Of a DNA stretch of 64,000 nucleotides, positions 1-14,100 are shown piece after piece. Each line of letters opens with the position of its first letter. The stretch's first letter is position 1. The notes under the pieces are model-generated. The model did no database searches. It had not been told where the DNA came from and saw only the letters and a list, made by a program, of their open reading frames with translations. This DNA comes from Ylistrum balloti (taxonomy: Eukaryota): positions 992,001 through 1,056,000 of the forward strand of contig NW_026782462.1 in the NCBI RefSeq assembly GCF_031769215.1. The letters run 5' to 3'. A program made the position numbers and the translations under genes.

Positions 1-3000
1 ACTTGGCGTATATGATATGATCATCGACTTTAACAGCAAGATGTAAGTCAAAAGGAAACTAAAGATTGAAGTGTACAAAAACATATTAAGATGATGATGT
101 TTTATACAAATTCTTTACTGCATTCTGGGTAATCATTTTAAGGATACAGACTGCCATTACCGGAAGTCACCTGTCACCAATGTTATTGTTGTATTGAGAA
201 AAGCCTACCACTTTTGTCTTTACATCTGTACTCTCCAAGTTTGTGATTAACGCAACCACACGTATGATTTCATGGTGAACGATTGACAAAAGTCTGGGCT
301 GTTATTCACTTGGATAACTTTGCGGTATCATGGAATCAATAACAGGACATTTAAGCCAGTGGTTGGTCGAATATGATAGTGTAAACAAGATACCCCTTCC
401 TTAGTTTGTCAACTTTTCATTTTCATAATTCCCTCGGCTATTATTGAATATGTCGGGAATGCTTTCTCTACTTTTTGGTGTTGAAATTGTGCTACATGAT
501 CATCAGTCGAACATCATTTTATGTGCTTACTTGAAATATGGCCTATAAGTAAGAGGTACTAAATAGTAACGAAGAAAAACAACATATCAAGATATGTTAT
601 TGATATGATCGTGTGCCTTTAACGTGTATTCCTCGTGCTGCCTTTCCATTCCTCGCGCTGCCGTTCTTACTTTCTGTTACGGCATCCAATCTTTGAACTA
701 TGTTCCGATCCCAATGTTTACAGATATTGACTTAATTGCATTAAATGTATGCGATATATCAACAAAAATCTTAATGTATTTGCTGTGAATATTCTCAACG
801 CAAATAGCTTCGCTACAGACAGGACAAGATAACATCATCAATTATGGGTTTTATTTCATGAAAGCATGACAATAAGTTTCTTTCTGTTGACGATGAAACG
901 AACATGTAATTTACACCAGATGACTACACACAGATATTACTCTAAATGTTTCAGGCAAAAACAAAGTGTGTACATATCAAAGTTTGTCCAGGACTATGTG
1001 TTGATTATCGTAAATTCCAGACGAGAACTGTAAGGTAACTGTTACCACCTAGAGATCATATCGTTCCTATCACCACCAACGACCAAATACGACATTCATA
1101 GCTCGTTCACTACAATCAAATTATATTATCTTCATGTGCGTTTATATAATCAGTATAACGACTTATACTTGTACCATAGAATATAACACAAATAACGCAT
1201 TGATTGACATTTTATTTGAACGTTGACCATAAAGCCATCATCAATTGATTCTTTGTGTTATGGACATGTAAAGACTAACAGCGGATTGGGATATGTGTTA
1301 TCAAACTCATCTGTGAAATACAGCCCAGAGCGCGTCACATTAAGTAAGAAAATGATACCACCCATTAGGCCCAGTTGATGGTTCCGGTTTAGCACTGCCT
1401 TTATTGGGTCTGATAATTGATACACAACTCATCATCAATATATTATTGGCATAATTTTAGAAACTAAGAACAAATCAATAAATCAGGCGTTTTTGATTAG
1501 TGCGGAGCTATTACCGACTTTAGCAAAGGCAATTCACGACATCTCATACATCGGGTGTGTGTCCTGTACTTTTACATAGAAAGCCTTTCGGAAGAAAAGT
1601 CGTTAAAACATACATAGAAACATTCACAACTTTTCCAATATCATTGTGACATTTACACTAGATAATCTTCCGATTTAAAAACGAACGATTTAAAATTCTC
1701 TTCACACTTGTATGTGACAATGTCCTATATACATTGCTTTGGAACTTCCATCAGCGCCACGGAGTATGCAAAATATATCTCATTAAATACGAGAAGGAAC
1801 TCACAAATGTGGATAGTGAAACTATAGCCCACAAGCCCATTAGGAAACCGATCATATACTTTATCTAAACTTTTCTTACCAGATCTAGCTGAACATAAAA
1901 TAATAGTTCGTATGGATGATATTTTCATGGATAAAAAGCCTCGTGTACAATGGAAATCGGGGAACTTCAGTTTAAAACCGGGTATGACATATCGTTATAG
2001 GTGTTGGAGTAAATATTGGTACGAAAAGTCACGACAGAAAGAGTTCTTTCTCATAACTACCACCAATTCATCTGATATTTAGTGATTGTTACCAGTATCC
2101 CCTTCTGATTTTGACTTTACGTACATTGTATAATCCTTGGAATAACAAGTGTTGAGCAAGAATATACCACTTTATGATATCGTAAGAGAGTTGCTCCTGA
2201 ACCAATGAAAGTGACAGAAATCCTATAGAATTAGTTCCGGAGATGTAAGTTGTCACAATATTGGCCTATGCTTTGACATTTTATCACATCAAATGATATT
2301 TAGGGCCAAGACACCTGACCACAAAAACAATTTGTGGCCCAATGGCTCATACTTCGTGGAAGGATATCTTATTATATTTCCTAACGTTAGGCTAGCGAAA
2401 ACATATTTCTGGTCACTTTTGTACGCATAGGCGGTTTTCTCGGAAATGTTACCTGTCATTATATACAATCCGAAAGTTTGCAGGAAATGTGGACGAATTA
2501 TAGGATATTATACACGAGGGCCGTCAGGTAGTACGGGTTGTTTCCCTTTATGCTGTATCTGACGGACAGCATGGCATTCACGACAAAAAAAAAAAATATT
2601 GTAATTTTGTTCAACATTGCATATTCTGTTAGAACATCTACGTGTCATATGTATATATATATATAATACTAGCTCTGTCCTGAATCACCATATGTAACTA
2701 TAGGAAAGAGTTATTTTGATAACCACATACCATTCAAACATGGATCGGCCTGCGGACAGAAGCAACATACTTCTTCTCAAGGACGAAAACTCAGCTGAAG
2801 GCTTAAAGTAAGGCAGCGTCAATCGATAAATTAGGGGACACAATTCTGACATTAAAAAAAAAAGACAAAGGTAATGTCCTGTTATCGCCGCTAAGGATCA
2901 TGCAATAGGGTTTTCAATACCCTTCTTACAGAGTAGCAGTCAAATAGGATATTCAGCGACATTAAATGAAATTCGTTATAAGACATGTTCTTATATCAAA

Positions 3001-3944
3001 AGTTCAATAGTTAATGAAAAATGAGTAAACTTTTAGAGATCAAATAGTTTAAATCATAACCATGGCTTTTGAAAAGAATGTTAACCAAACTTAACATTTC
3101 AGCGACATCAAGAAGGTATCTTTTTATGTTAACCCTTTCCGTGGATCTCAGATGGAATAGGATCTTACGGGAGTGTCGACTTCTCATGAAATTTATGAAA
3201 CAAGCAAGACTTTGTTATCTTAACGAGCGCCTGGCATGATAAAATGAAAAAAACAAACAAACAAACAAAACAAACAAACTAAAAAAAAAAGGTTTTGTGC
3301 CCATATACATGAATTCCATTGATTAATTGACTCACCTGTTTTTAATTATAAATTAGCAGTTAAATTCGCATTTCTTCTGTATAATGTTGCTTTTCTGTGT
3401 AGGGATTCGTGAAATGGTTTAATAGACTAGCATATAAGTTTGTTTATTTACTTATCTGTTTGTTTGTTTAGCACTATAACGTCACACCGAGTACAACTCC
3501 GTGACAGTAGCAGTGTACAAAACTCCAGCCAGTCACAGCCCTTTTGTGTTATTTGTCTGTTTAAACCATACAATTTATGCAGGGTATGTTGAGCGTTGGA
3601 AACAGACTAGCTACGTGATGATGTAGTATACCTGCTGTCACGTTGTGTGTGATGTTAGTGTGAACGAACGCTGGAGACTTTAAGTTAACCTTAATGAATA
3701 ATATTGAGAAAGTCACTGCAACTAAGAGTGACATAAGCAACATTCAACGCTTGTCTGTAGAAATAAATTATATGTACGAAGAAACAATATGACCTTACCC
3801 AGCAAATAACTCATTCTTGCGTTACCAATTTGATCATTTATTAATTGAAAGTCAACAGTACTGTTTATAAAAATTCTTGAGTTCTTCAGTTTATTCAGCG
3901 GGGAGTGGGGAGTAATTGGTATGCATTAAAGAGAGGGAAAGCCA

Positions 3945-4262
3945 CGGACGACGTACTCACGGGTCGATACATTTGTTTTCGTGCTGAAGATAACCTTCTA
4001 ACAAATCCAATTTTCTATTGCAATGAAAATTATTTGTTAAATCGACATATGGAAGCCTACAAAGCGCTTCTGGATTGCATCATAAAACGTTATGATGGTA
4101 GCAGGGTTGTACGTCTGTTTTAAAATGAACCTGAAATGCCGAAAGGCCGTTTGAAGTCCCAAAAGTAATTTCACAGTCTAGAGTCCATCTGGATACGGCA
4201 GAAGGTGTCATTGAATTATAGTCTAAAATATAGTTGCTGGCAGCCGAATGTAATAATCGCAC
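3945..4262 (-). pseudogene. Possible decayed CUB-domain exon(s)
   Basis: Minus strand reads LDCEITFGTSNG..FQVHFKTDVQPC, then in a shifted frame YDA..KRFVG and KVIFST..VS..RGF. The spacing resembles CUB motifs; stops and frameshifts are present. Confidence 0.25.
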
Positions 4263-4489
4263 CTGATCTCATACCACAGTCGTGTCTATGATCGCTAGAC
4301 AAAACAACCTTATTAACATTTCAAACCTGCATGACATTAAAAAAAAACATTACAAATGATACTTTTCATGCAAAACTTGAAATTCTGCTTTTGCACAGAA
4401 ATTGGATGATATAGCGGTTACATCTGTAAGATGACAATACATAGCAGTCACCAACAAAATAACACAAAACAAAAAAAGGATCTCGGTAC

Positions 4490-6345
4490 AACACGATGTA
4501 TCGGATAGAGCAGGAGATACGCAAGTATCTGCAGCGTATTGTAAAACAGATAAAGTAGGAGAGAAGTAAATCTCGACAGGTCACTGTAAAACAGAAAAAG
4601 CAGGAGAGAAGCAAATCTCGGCAGCGTACTGTAACACAGATAAAGCAGGAGAGAAGTAAATATCGGCAGCGTACTGTAACACAGATAAAGCAGGAGAGAA
4701 GCAAATCTCGGCAGCGTACTGTAACACAGATAAAGCAGGAGAGAAGCAAATCTCGGCAGCATACTGTAACACAGATAAAGCAGGAGAGAAGCAAATCTCG
4801 GCAGCGTATTGTAAAACAGATAAAGCAGGAGAGAAGCAAATCTCGGCAGCGTACTGTAACACAGATAAAGCAGGAGAGAAGTAAATCTCGGCAGCGTACT
4901 GTAACACAGACAAAGCAGGAGAGAAGCAAATCTCGGCAGCGTACTGTAACACAGATAAAGCCGGAGAGAAGCAAATCTCGGCAGCATACTGTAACACAGA
5001 TAAAGCAGGAGAGAAGCAAATCTCGGCAGCGTATTGTAACACAGATAAAGCAGGAGAGAAGCAAATCTCGGCAGCGTATTGTAAAACAGATAAAGCAGGA
5101 GAGAAGCAAATCTCGGCAGCGTACTGTAACACAGATAAAGCAGGAGAGAAGTAAATCTCGGCAGCGTACTGTAACACAGATAAAGCAGGAGAGAAGCAAA
5201 TCTCGGCAGCATACTGTAACACAGATAAAGCAGGAGAGAAGCAAATCTCGGCAGCGTATTGTAACACAGATAAAGCAGGAGAGAAGCAAATCTCGACAGC
5301 GTATTGTAACACAGATAAAGTAGGAGAGAAGTAAATCTCGGCAGCGTACTATGTAACACAGATAAAGCAGGAGAGAAGTAAATCTCGGCAGCGTACTGTA
5401 ACACAGATAAAGCAGGAGAGAAGTAAATCTCGACAGGTCACTGTAACACAGATAAAGTAGGAGAGAAGCAAATCTCGGCAGCGTACTGTAACACAGATAA
5501 AGCAGGAGAGAAGCAAATCTCGGCAGCGTACTGTAACACAGATAAAGCAGGAGAGAAGCAAATCTCGGCAGCGTACTGTAACACAGATAAAGCAGGAGAG
5601 AAGTAAATCTCGACAGGTCACTGTAACACAGATAAAGCAGGAGAGAAGTAAATCTCGACAGCGTATTGTAACACAGATAAAGCAGGAGAGAAGTAAATCT
5701 CGGCAGCGTATTGTAACACAGATAAAGCAGGAGAGAAGTAAATCTCGGCAGCGTATTGTAACACAGATAAAGCAGGAGAGAAGTAAATCTCGGCAGCGTA
5801 CTGTAACACAGATAAAGCAGGAGAGAAGTAAATCTCGACAGCGTATTGTAACACAGATAAAGCAGGAGAGAAGCAAATCTCGGCAGCGTACTGTAACATA
5901 AATAAAGCAGGAGAGAAGTAAATCTCGGCAGCGTACTGTAACACAGATAAAGCAGGAGAGAAGTAAATCTCGGCAGCGTACTGTAACACAGATAAAGCAG
6001 GAGAGAAGTAAATCTCGGCAGCGTACTGTAACACAGATAAAGCAGGAGAGAAGTAAATCTCGGCAGCGTACTGTAACACAGATAAAGCAGGAGAGAAGTA
6101 AATCTCGACAGCATCCAATGCAACAAATGAAGTTTGACAGAAATCATTATCTGCAGCATACAGGGTTATGACAACAAAGAGGAGAAAGTAATTCTGGTAG
6201 CATACATCGTTATAGATACAAAGTGGAGAAGGTAATTTTGGTAGCATACATCGTTATAGATACAAAGTGGAGAAGGTAATTCTGGTAGCATACAATGATA
6301 TGAATACAAAGGAGAGATTGAAATATCGGCAGCGTACTATGTAAC
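4490..6345. repeat. 45-bp minisatellite (GTAACACAGATAAAGCAGGAGAGAAGYAAATCTCGGCAGCGTACT), about 35 core copies plus diverged flanks
   Basis: Directly visible tandem array. It explains the 175-597 aa minus-strand ORFs at 4366-6247. Confidence 0.97.
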
Positions 6346-7109
6346 AGACGTAAAAAGACGAAATAAAACAACTGTGATGAGGGCTAATCTGATAACAAAA
6401 GTAAACCTTCCCCTAGTAATCTTAGCCATTTCTTTCTTCTCGTCTCTTTTTTTCAGAACTCCGCAATTCAAAGGGTACATCAGATGACGTCATATACTCG
6501 AGATAGAAATGACGCACAGACGGATGGGGTAATAAGGCAGGAGGGTTTCCGGAAGTGTTTCCATGGTATTGCAGAATGACTAAGATAATCTTGTCATATC
6601 AGAACTGTTTCTGTTGTATAATAAGAACGTACAGAAACAGTTAAGTTTCCTTTCTATCGCTAGAAGGTTTTATACATTTACGGGTTTATATAAAGAAAGG
6701 AACGAATGTTTAAGATATAATCGGAATAGATAGCAGTCACCGGAGGTACATGTATAATTTTTTTTATCTAAAACTGATCCAATATAAACGAAAAAACAAG
6801 AATAAAAAACCAAGCTAGTCGTCCTATCCTACAATGTACACGTATTATATACTTCATGTAACTGATTTGTCTAAAATGTCGACGTGTTGATATGGCGTAT
6901 ATATTATCAAATATACATATGTCAAAGAAACCTGATAAAGTGCAGTGATGTCGACAGACCTCACTTAGTTGTGATTTGATAGCGTATACAGTTCTCGCAG
7001 TTTCTGTACGTTCTCTAAAATCTGTCTATTCATATTTGAATTGCAATTTAAAAAATTCTAAATAATTTCCCCATGGTAAGTGTAATAAAGAAATCAAGAT
7101 ATCAGAGTG

Positions 7110-8010
7110 ATGTTGATACAAGACTGTAGCTATTGCCTATATCTGACCTAAGTTTGGTCTGACGACAGTAATATAGATACAAGCCTGTAGCTATTGTCTA
7201 TATCAGACCTAAGTTTGGTCTGACCAGTAATATATACAAGTTTGCTATTGTCTGACCTAACAGTAATGTAGATACAAGCCTGTAGCTATTGTCTATATCT
7301 GACCTAAGTTTGGTCTGACGACAATAATGTAGATACAAGCCTGTAGCTATTGTCTACATCTGACCTATGTTTGGTCTGACGACAGTAATGTAGATACAAG
7401 CCTGTAGCTATTGTCTATATCTGACCTAAGTTTGGTCTGACGACAATAATGTAGATACAAGTCTGTAGCTATTGAGGACAATAATGTAGATACAATCTAG
7501 ACCTAAGTTTGGTCTGACGACAGTAATGTAGATACAAGCCTGTAGCTATTGTCTATATCAGACCTAAGTTTGGTATGACGACAGTAATGTAGATACAAGC
7601 CTGTAGCTATTGTCTATATCTGACCTAAGTTTGGTCTGACGACAATAATGTAGATACAAGTCTGTAGCTATTGTCTATATCTGACCTAAGTTTGGTCTGA
7701 CGACAGTAATGTAGATACAAGCCTGTACCTATTGTCTATATCTGACCTAAGTTTGGTCTGACGACAATAATGTAGATACAAGCCTGTAGCTATTGTCTAC
7801 ATCTGACCTATGTTTGGTCTGACGACAGTAATGTAGATACAAGCCTGTAGCTATTGTCTACATCTGACCTTAGTATGGTCTGACGACAGTTATGTAGATA
7901 CAAGCATGTAACTATTGTCTACATCTGACCTATGTTTGGTCTGACGACAGTAACGTAGATACAAGCCTGTAGCTATTGTCTACATCTTACCTAAGTATGG
8001 TCTGACGAGA
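7110..8010. repeat. 61-bp minisatellite (GTAGATACAAGCCTGTAGCTATTGTCTATATCTGACCTAAGTTTGGTCTGACGACAGTAAT), about 14 copies
   Basis: Unit starts at 7268 and 7329 (61-bp period); some copies are truncated. Confidence 0.96.
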
Positions 8011-8672
8011 ATAATTTTGATACATGTAGCACGTTTATAACGACAAAACCACGTCCCTGTGCCCCTTACCACATATCAAACTCTGTCAATCCGACACTTA
8101 TCTTCTCTTAATGGCAGAGAGCTGATCTCAAATGTAGAGATTGACGTCAGTAAATATGTAATGGTGTCGCTTTATGTAGCAATAGGACAGATATTGACTA
8201 TTTTAAGACGAGCTTGTGACGCCTCGTGACAGGATGGTATTGTATGATATCGCCAGACGTTTGATAAAAGGATGTTGTCTTATAACAGTGATGATGATGT
8301 GTTCAGGTATGCACTGAAAAAGAATTCTCACTGGAAACAATAGGAGTAACATAACATGTAAATATAAACACCCATTAAAAGTCAAATTGAACACGTAACT
8401 TGTATTAAAATACATATAGCAATGTCGTTACGAGGAAAGGTAAATAGATAAATTCAATGACGCGTGACCTGGTGACCAGCCTAAACTATGTAAAAGTTTA
8501 AAATATGATATGATCCGATAGAATTTTCCCCGACATTTCGATTCGGTTAAGAAACTTCCTGGCAATAAAATTGAAGAGGGCCATAGCCCAAAAAGGCTGC
8601 AATCACCCTATTGTTTTATCACAGGCTGGAAATCATTATTTGGTAACTAAGATTATGGCGTAGCTAGACGTT

Positions 8673-8941
8673 GAAAAAACTTGTTGTTATAATTAATGAT
8701 TACAAACCTACCTTTGTTGTTAACATTTTCTGAGTTTAAAGATGTACCACCATGCCAAGCAGACTAAGATTCGTCATCCAGTAATAAACATCACAAAAAA
8801 GGGGTGAAAAAATTGTTGTTACAATCAATTCTTTACTACCTACCTTTATGGTCAACGTTTTCTGAGTTAAAGATGTACCAACCACCATATCAAGCAGACT
8901 AAGACTCGTCATCCAGTAATAAACATCACAAAAAAGGGGTG
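8673..8941. repeat. Tandem duplication of about 133 bp (2 copies)
   Basis: Both copies end in AAGCAGACTAAGAYTCGTCATCCAGTAATAAACATCACAAAAAAGGGGTG. Confidence 0.9.
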
Positions 8942-11157
8942 TTACAAGTGCTTATGGTTCAAGGGAATCATCAACGACTGTTTACATCTCAAACAAACAC
9001 CAAATGAATTTTGTCGCGTCTACAGCTGAATAATTCTAGCAGAATTATAATCCTTCATGAAGTGTTTACATGTTTAACACGACAACAAATTGATTTTTGA
9101 ATGACAAAATCCTTGATATGTGTCCATCCTTCCTGTAGATTTGACATTGAACAACCTTCGTTCACTGTATCACCCAACATTTGTTTGATAACACAATAAC
9201 ATATCAATAATGTTGCTAGGAAGCATTCCTCTCAAAGATACTTCAACGTTGATTAATTTTATTATTATTATTATTTCTAAAGACAAACTTTTAAACATTG
9301 TTTCAAAGTAAATGAATTATTGCGTTTGCTATACGTGTAATTTGTGTTAAGAATCAGCAGAAAATCTTTTGTAAAGCACAAGTCGACACCATACAGGGCC
9401 AACGACCTGTGTATTCGCCATTGAAAAAAGAACAACATATATCTGCATTGCAGGCGGTTGTATTTTCGATTTTAGCTGTCACATCTTTCCGTATTTTTTC
9501 CCGATTTTCTACACTTTGTTTGGTCCTTTTTTGTTTCGTTTGTGTTTCGATGTCATTACAGAACAACCCTATTTCCGTGAATCTGAGATTGATTATGTAA
9601 TCTCGTGATGGAATCACACAAAATCAATAGATATTCATCCAAAGACAAAACTGACACACCATTGGTATGTTTGTAAAGGAGAATTATCCGGGATCAGGCG
9701 GGGAAAATGAAGGACTTGTAAAATGTTAGCCTAGCAGTATTGATTATAGATTGTCGATAGACGATTAATTTACAAAATACAACAATTTTCATGTCTTTAT
9801 TCGTATGTTTTCTACAATAGTAACGTTGATATTTTAGGTAGTTGTAGTTAATAATGTACTGTACAAGTTTGAGTTGATTAATCATAAAATAAAAACGATA
9901 AACATGATTGATCTCCCCGTGTAAACAAAGTGAGTGTATTTGTTAAGTGCTTGTGGATTTGTGTGACTTTGTTTTTATACCTCTCGTTGTGGTAGTGCGG
10001 AGCTGAAACCGATAGTTTCACTACTTAAACGTATAAAGCCCCCAGCAGGACACCATACCTGTCTTAAATACACCATCAAAACATTGTCTGTGAGTTCTCT
10101 CTTGTCGATTAATTTTTCATATTGACTCCGGTATTCTGAACCTGTTCAAGTCTATGTAGATTTACCTCAAATTGTCATTGTATGTTGCTTGGATCCGGTT
10201 CATGTCCGAATACCTGGTAATGAAAAGGCACTTTTTTAAACGTCATTTTCTTTATTTTAAATCACATATTATGAACACCATTTTAATAATAACAGTGACT
10301 ACTTTTGGAAATTAAAACGGTATTGATAATATTCCTCGACTAATAATCTTTGTTTGACGCTTAGTATGTATCCTATCGATATACATGTAATATAACCAGG
10401 TTGCGTTTCCTGTTATAGTGTGATAGCACTATATTTTTGCATTTAGTTCCTTACTTGAATCACCGTAGTTGTTGATATGATTATTAATGTTAAATTTAAA
10501 CACTGTTGGTGAATGGTCTCCTTGTTAAAGAGCCATGTGCCGAGACGAAGTTGTCATTGCCCGTCATCAGAGGAATCCTGTGTATGAATTTTATGAGAAG
10601 CATTGATCTGCAGCATTCGTGAATAAACTTTATCATTCTGAATCCTTTCTCTTTGAAAGAGTCACTAATAAAAATGTTATCTGAAATCTTTAAGTTCGTA
10701 CCATAGAATATGGTTGATTTAGTTAAGAGTGTCTTACCATTAATTTCTAATCACTTTGTGAGCTTAATGTCGTTTCCTTTTGGACATATACTGGCACAAC
10801 CGGCCCATTCTGTGTTGATGGGTCGTAACACATATTGTATGAGTGAATACGTGTTTTAGGGTTGCACAAACTAGAAACAGACACAAACATACGAACTCGG
10901 GCAATGGGACAACTTACAGATTCCTGCCGAGGGTGTTTCACTGAAATAACAACATAGACACGTTAAAATGACACACCGGGAATACAGCTTCCTAGTCCCA
11001 CCAAATGCGAAGCACCAGCCATAGCGAGACAGTATCGGCAGATGACTGACGACTTTTTTTAAGTGTCATCGCCAAGAATGACAACACATCCGTCCTTGTC
11101 ATGTACCGACAGCGGGTAACAGTCGATTTGATTCAATGCTTATTGTCAGACAAGGAT

Positions 11158-11197
11158 ACACTGGCGAGTCCTTCAGATGGACGAAACAGCTGTATGT
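11158..11197 (+). ncRNA. Minimal type I hammerhead ribozyme motif (core variant CUGGCGA)
   Basis: ACA-CTGGCGA-GTCC ttcagat GGAC-GAAA-C AGCT G-TA-TGT. Perfect 4-bp stem II, GAAA, short stem III with palindromic AGCT loop, GUA cleavage triplet, 3-bp stem I. One core mismatch (A6 to G). Confidence 0.6.
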
Positions 11198-14100
11198 TTA
11201 TGTGTCTCTGCTGTATAAAACTTAAAATTTATATTCAAAGCTGATATTCACTTGTGTGGTATTTTTCAGCGACGTCGAGGACAAAATTAAAATAAGTATC
11301 GTGTAGTGATATTTCTGAACGCCATGAAACGATTACAACGATCTGTGGTTTTGTGATTCGTTGTTATGGGCACTTTTAGTTAATGAATACAATTTATGTA
11401 CGTAAGCGTTGATATATTGTTCGACTAATCAAATTAACGCATATACTACAGGGGGACAATAATTGAATAAGCATGATTTCTGCAACGAAGAAACAATGCG
11501 GGAACTCGGCACCATTAAATGACGAATCAAAGTGAGTTGGTTTCTTCTAGTTATAGAAACAATTAGATTGAAATGTGAAATAGTAATAATATATTGCACC
11601 CCAAGGTCAATAGGCCTACCATCGCTGAGAATTCAACTGACTAATACTATTTCGTCTCCGAATGTCGCGACGATTGTAAGATACAGCAATCTGAGATTAG
11701 AACTGAATACAAGTAATACAAATTTAGGAATGGGAGCACGTAGGTTGATTAAATTGGGGAATTGCAAAAACAAATCAAAAACTCATTACTATATTTCGCG
11801 CCAATTTCATCACATTTACTTAATTGTTACGTCAGAAACTGTATCGTAATTTGTTTCACAACAGACTAGTTGGTGTAAATAAGTTTTTCTTATGCTGACT
11901 GTCAGTTGAAAACTGTAAGTACTCACTAAAGATAGTTAAAACAATTACCACCAGATATTTCTATATCACAAACTTCAAATTATATAGAAGAAAGCATTGA
12001 TTATATGTACCCTCAAACGGTAAACTAACACCCTAGAAAGGTCAATTTAATAGGACAAAGCGAGCTCGCTGCTAAACCACACCTACTGCGGTACACTAAA
12101 ACCATTTTGACTGTAACAGTAAGTTCAGAAGCGTGTTATTCGAACAAAATAGCACTCTATGCTGTAAAAATACGTGAACATCATGTGAATACACTCATAA
12201 TAAACATTCTGAAATCTTTTCTTTATGTATAGATATGAAAGATTCCTATTGAGATACAGCTTGATACAAGTAAAAAAAATGTTCTACCAAGATGCAGTAT
12301 GATACAAGTAGAGGTGAGTGTTGCAGATCTTACCAGTAAAACGTTGTTCTCGATATGGAATACCAGAGTAAGCATCTCTTTCATATTGCATGCTATGTAC
12401 ATACACAAGGGTTTGCTTGTCAGACATACGTTAAGGAATAAGACGTTTGCGATGCATTCTGACATTGATGTATCGTTATATTTTTCACAACTTCAAAGGC
12501 AGTGGTATTGAATGCGAGTAATTGTATCATTTCATCATTTGAAATCTTAATTATACATTAAATGTTAAAATAAATTACTGCTCTCTGTTTGATATGTGGA
12601 GTATGATGATAATAATAGTAATTATTATCATTAAATAATAATAATAGAAATTGTTATTTCTACTTCTGCTGATTACACGTTCAGCCAAAAGCTTTTATTC
12701 CACATCGTCTTTTTCTTGGTAAAAATCTGTGTGTTTGATGCCCTTCAACATAGACGCAGAAAGTGCGGAAGTGTCAAAAAGAATAAAAAAAAACAATCCA
12801 AGCTTATCGGTTCGACCACAACCTCTGTGAGTCGCTGTAAGTTTAAGACCCTCGTGTCTTAACTTTCACGCTCTCTTTCTTACCCAGAAAACAGACAAAA
12901 AAAAAAGCATTGCATTGTCTGCTGTGTAGGACTGCTTTATGTTCTAGTGTGCAACATTAATAACTAATTGCAATAATTCCCTCTTCTTTATACACTGTTC
13001 GCGTTTCTACGAGAAAACTGAAATGTATGGCCTCTACAAATAAACTCAGTGATTTAGTCAAAACAATCATAACTCGTACAAAAGGTAATTATAACAGTAG
13101 AGTCGTTATTTCTGAATTAGAGACAATGAGATTACGTTTATTTGTGTATATAATCGACATTGGCGTGCTATGATTAAAATATATAATTCGAACTTACAGA
13201 ATATCGTTAGAAACATGGATAAGAGGCATGAAAAAACACCACCAGAAAGTAAATAACTAGAAGTATCTAGCATATCAGTGAACAGTAGAAGTCTTAATCA
13301 ACAAAGTGTTATAAAATACGGTTTGTTCGTGTACTGATCTACAAGGACATCCCGAATAAAAAGTTCATCCAAAATTATCAATAATGTATGCACAGTAACA
13401 CTTTTCCTGGCAGAACTGTTGATACTGGTTGTTTACGGACGCCAACAATACGGTTAAAGTTTTTTCTTATCCACCACTTTGTAGAATGCCTTTTTTATTA
13501 CCCTACCTTATGTAAAATGCTTCAATAGTTTTCACCGGTGACAGATAAGGAAGATAACTACACGTTTTACTAAAGCAACAACGTCTCTGCTATTTTCCCG
13601 AATTATACAATTTCTCACGTCTTCAGTGAAAAAAAAAATCATTGTAAATTCCCAAACCAATAGAACTGGTATCTTGGGTTTAGAAAAAAAGATATATATA
13701 TATATATCTGAAAATTGGATTGTCTTGTTAAAGAATTAAAGATGCTTGATAAATTATTTTTGTGAGTAGAATATCTCCTCACCATCTAGATCTCGACATT
13801 CTTATTGATTAATATACGGTTCCTCAGTCGCCTTCTAGGTGTAAATCTTTTAGGTCCCGAGCGTAACTAACGTGTCCTAGAAAGCCGAAGAGGCAATATC
13901 ACCTAGCTTAATCCTTTAATTGTCTCTGTACATAATTCTGTATTGGAAATTAGAATAGAGTTAAGCTTCTTTCAATGAGTAGTAAAACCCTTATCATAGT
14001 ATCTGTGCAGTAGCATGCTTTTGAAATAGACTTTCAAGTTTGTAGCAATAGACAGTCTTCTGTGTTAGACACAAAGCGATTTAGGCCCAATTGTTTCTTG

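Noticed and set aside
955-2060. Possible exon (955-1034), a TM-like stretch and FN3-like fragments
   Set aside because: Motifs are short, riddled with stops and not in a consistent order; not distinguishable from chance by eye.
4366-6247. Long minus-strand ORFs (175-597 aa)
   Set aside because: Translations of the 45-bp tandem repeat; open in several frames at once, with no non-repetitive coding context.
7110-8010. CRISPR-like regularity, or hammerhead (CTGACGA in each unit)
   Set aside because: No unique spacers, and CTGACGA is not followed by a stem II and GAAA; an ordinary minisatellite.
10496-10858. 119-codon minus frame with a single TGA (possible selenocysteine read-through) and a 23-nt micro-exon candidate at 10918-10940
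   Set aside because: Such frames are expected by chance, there is no recognisable protein or SECIS, and the implied 47-nt intron is implausibly short.
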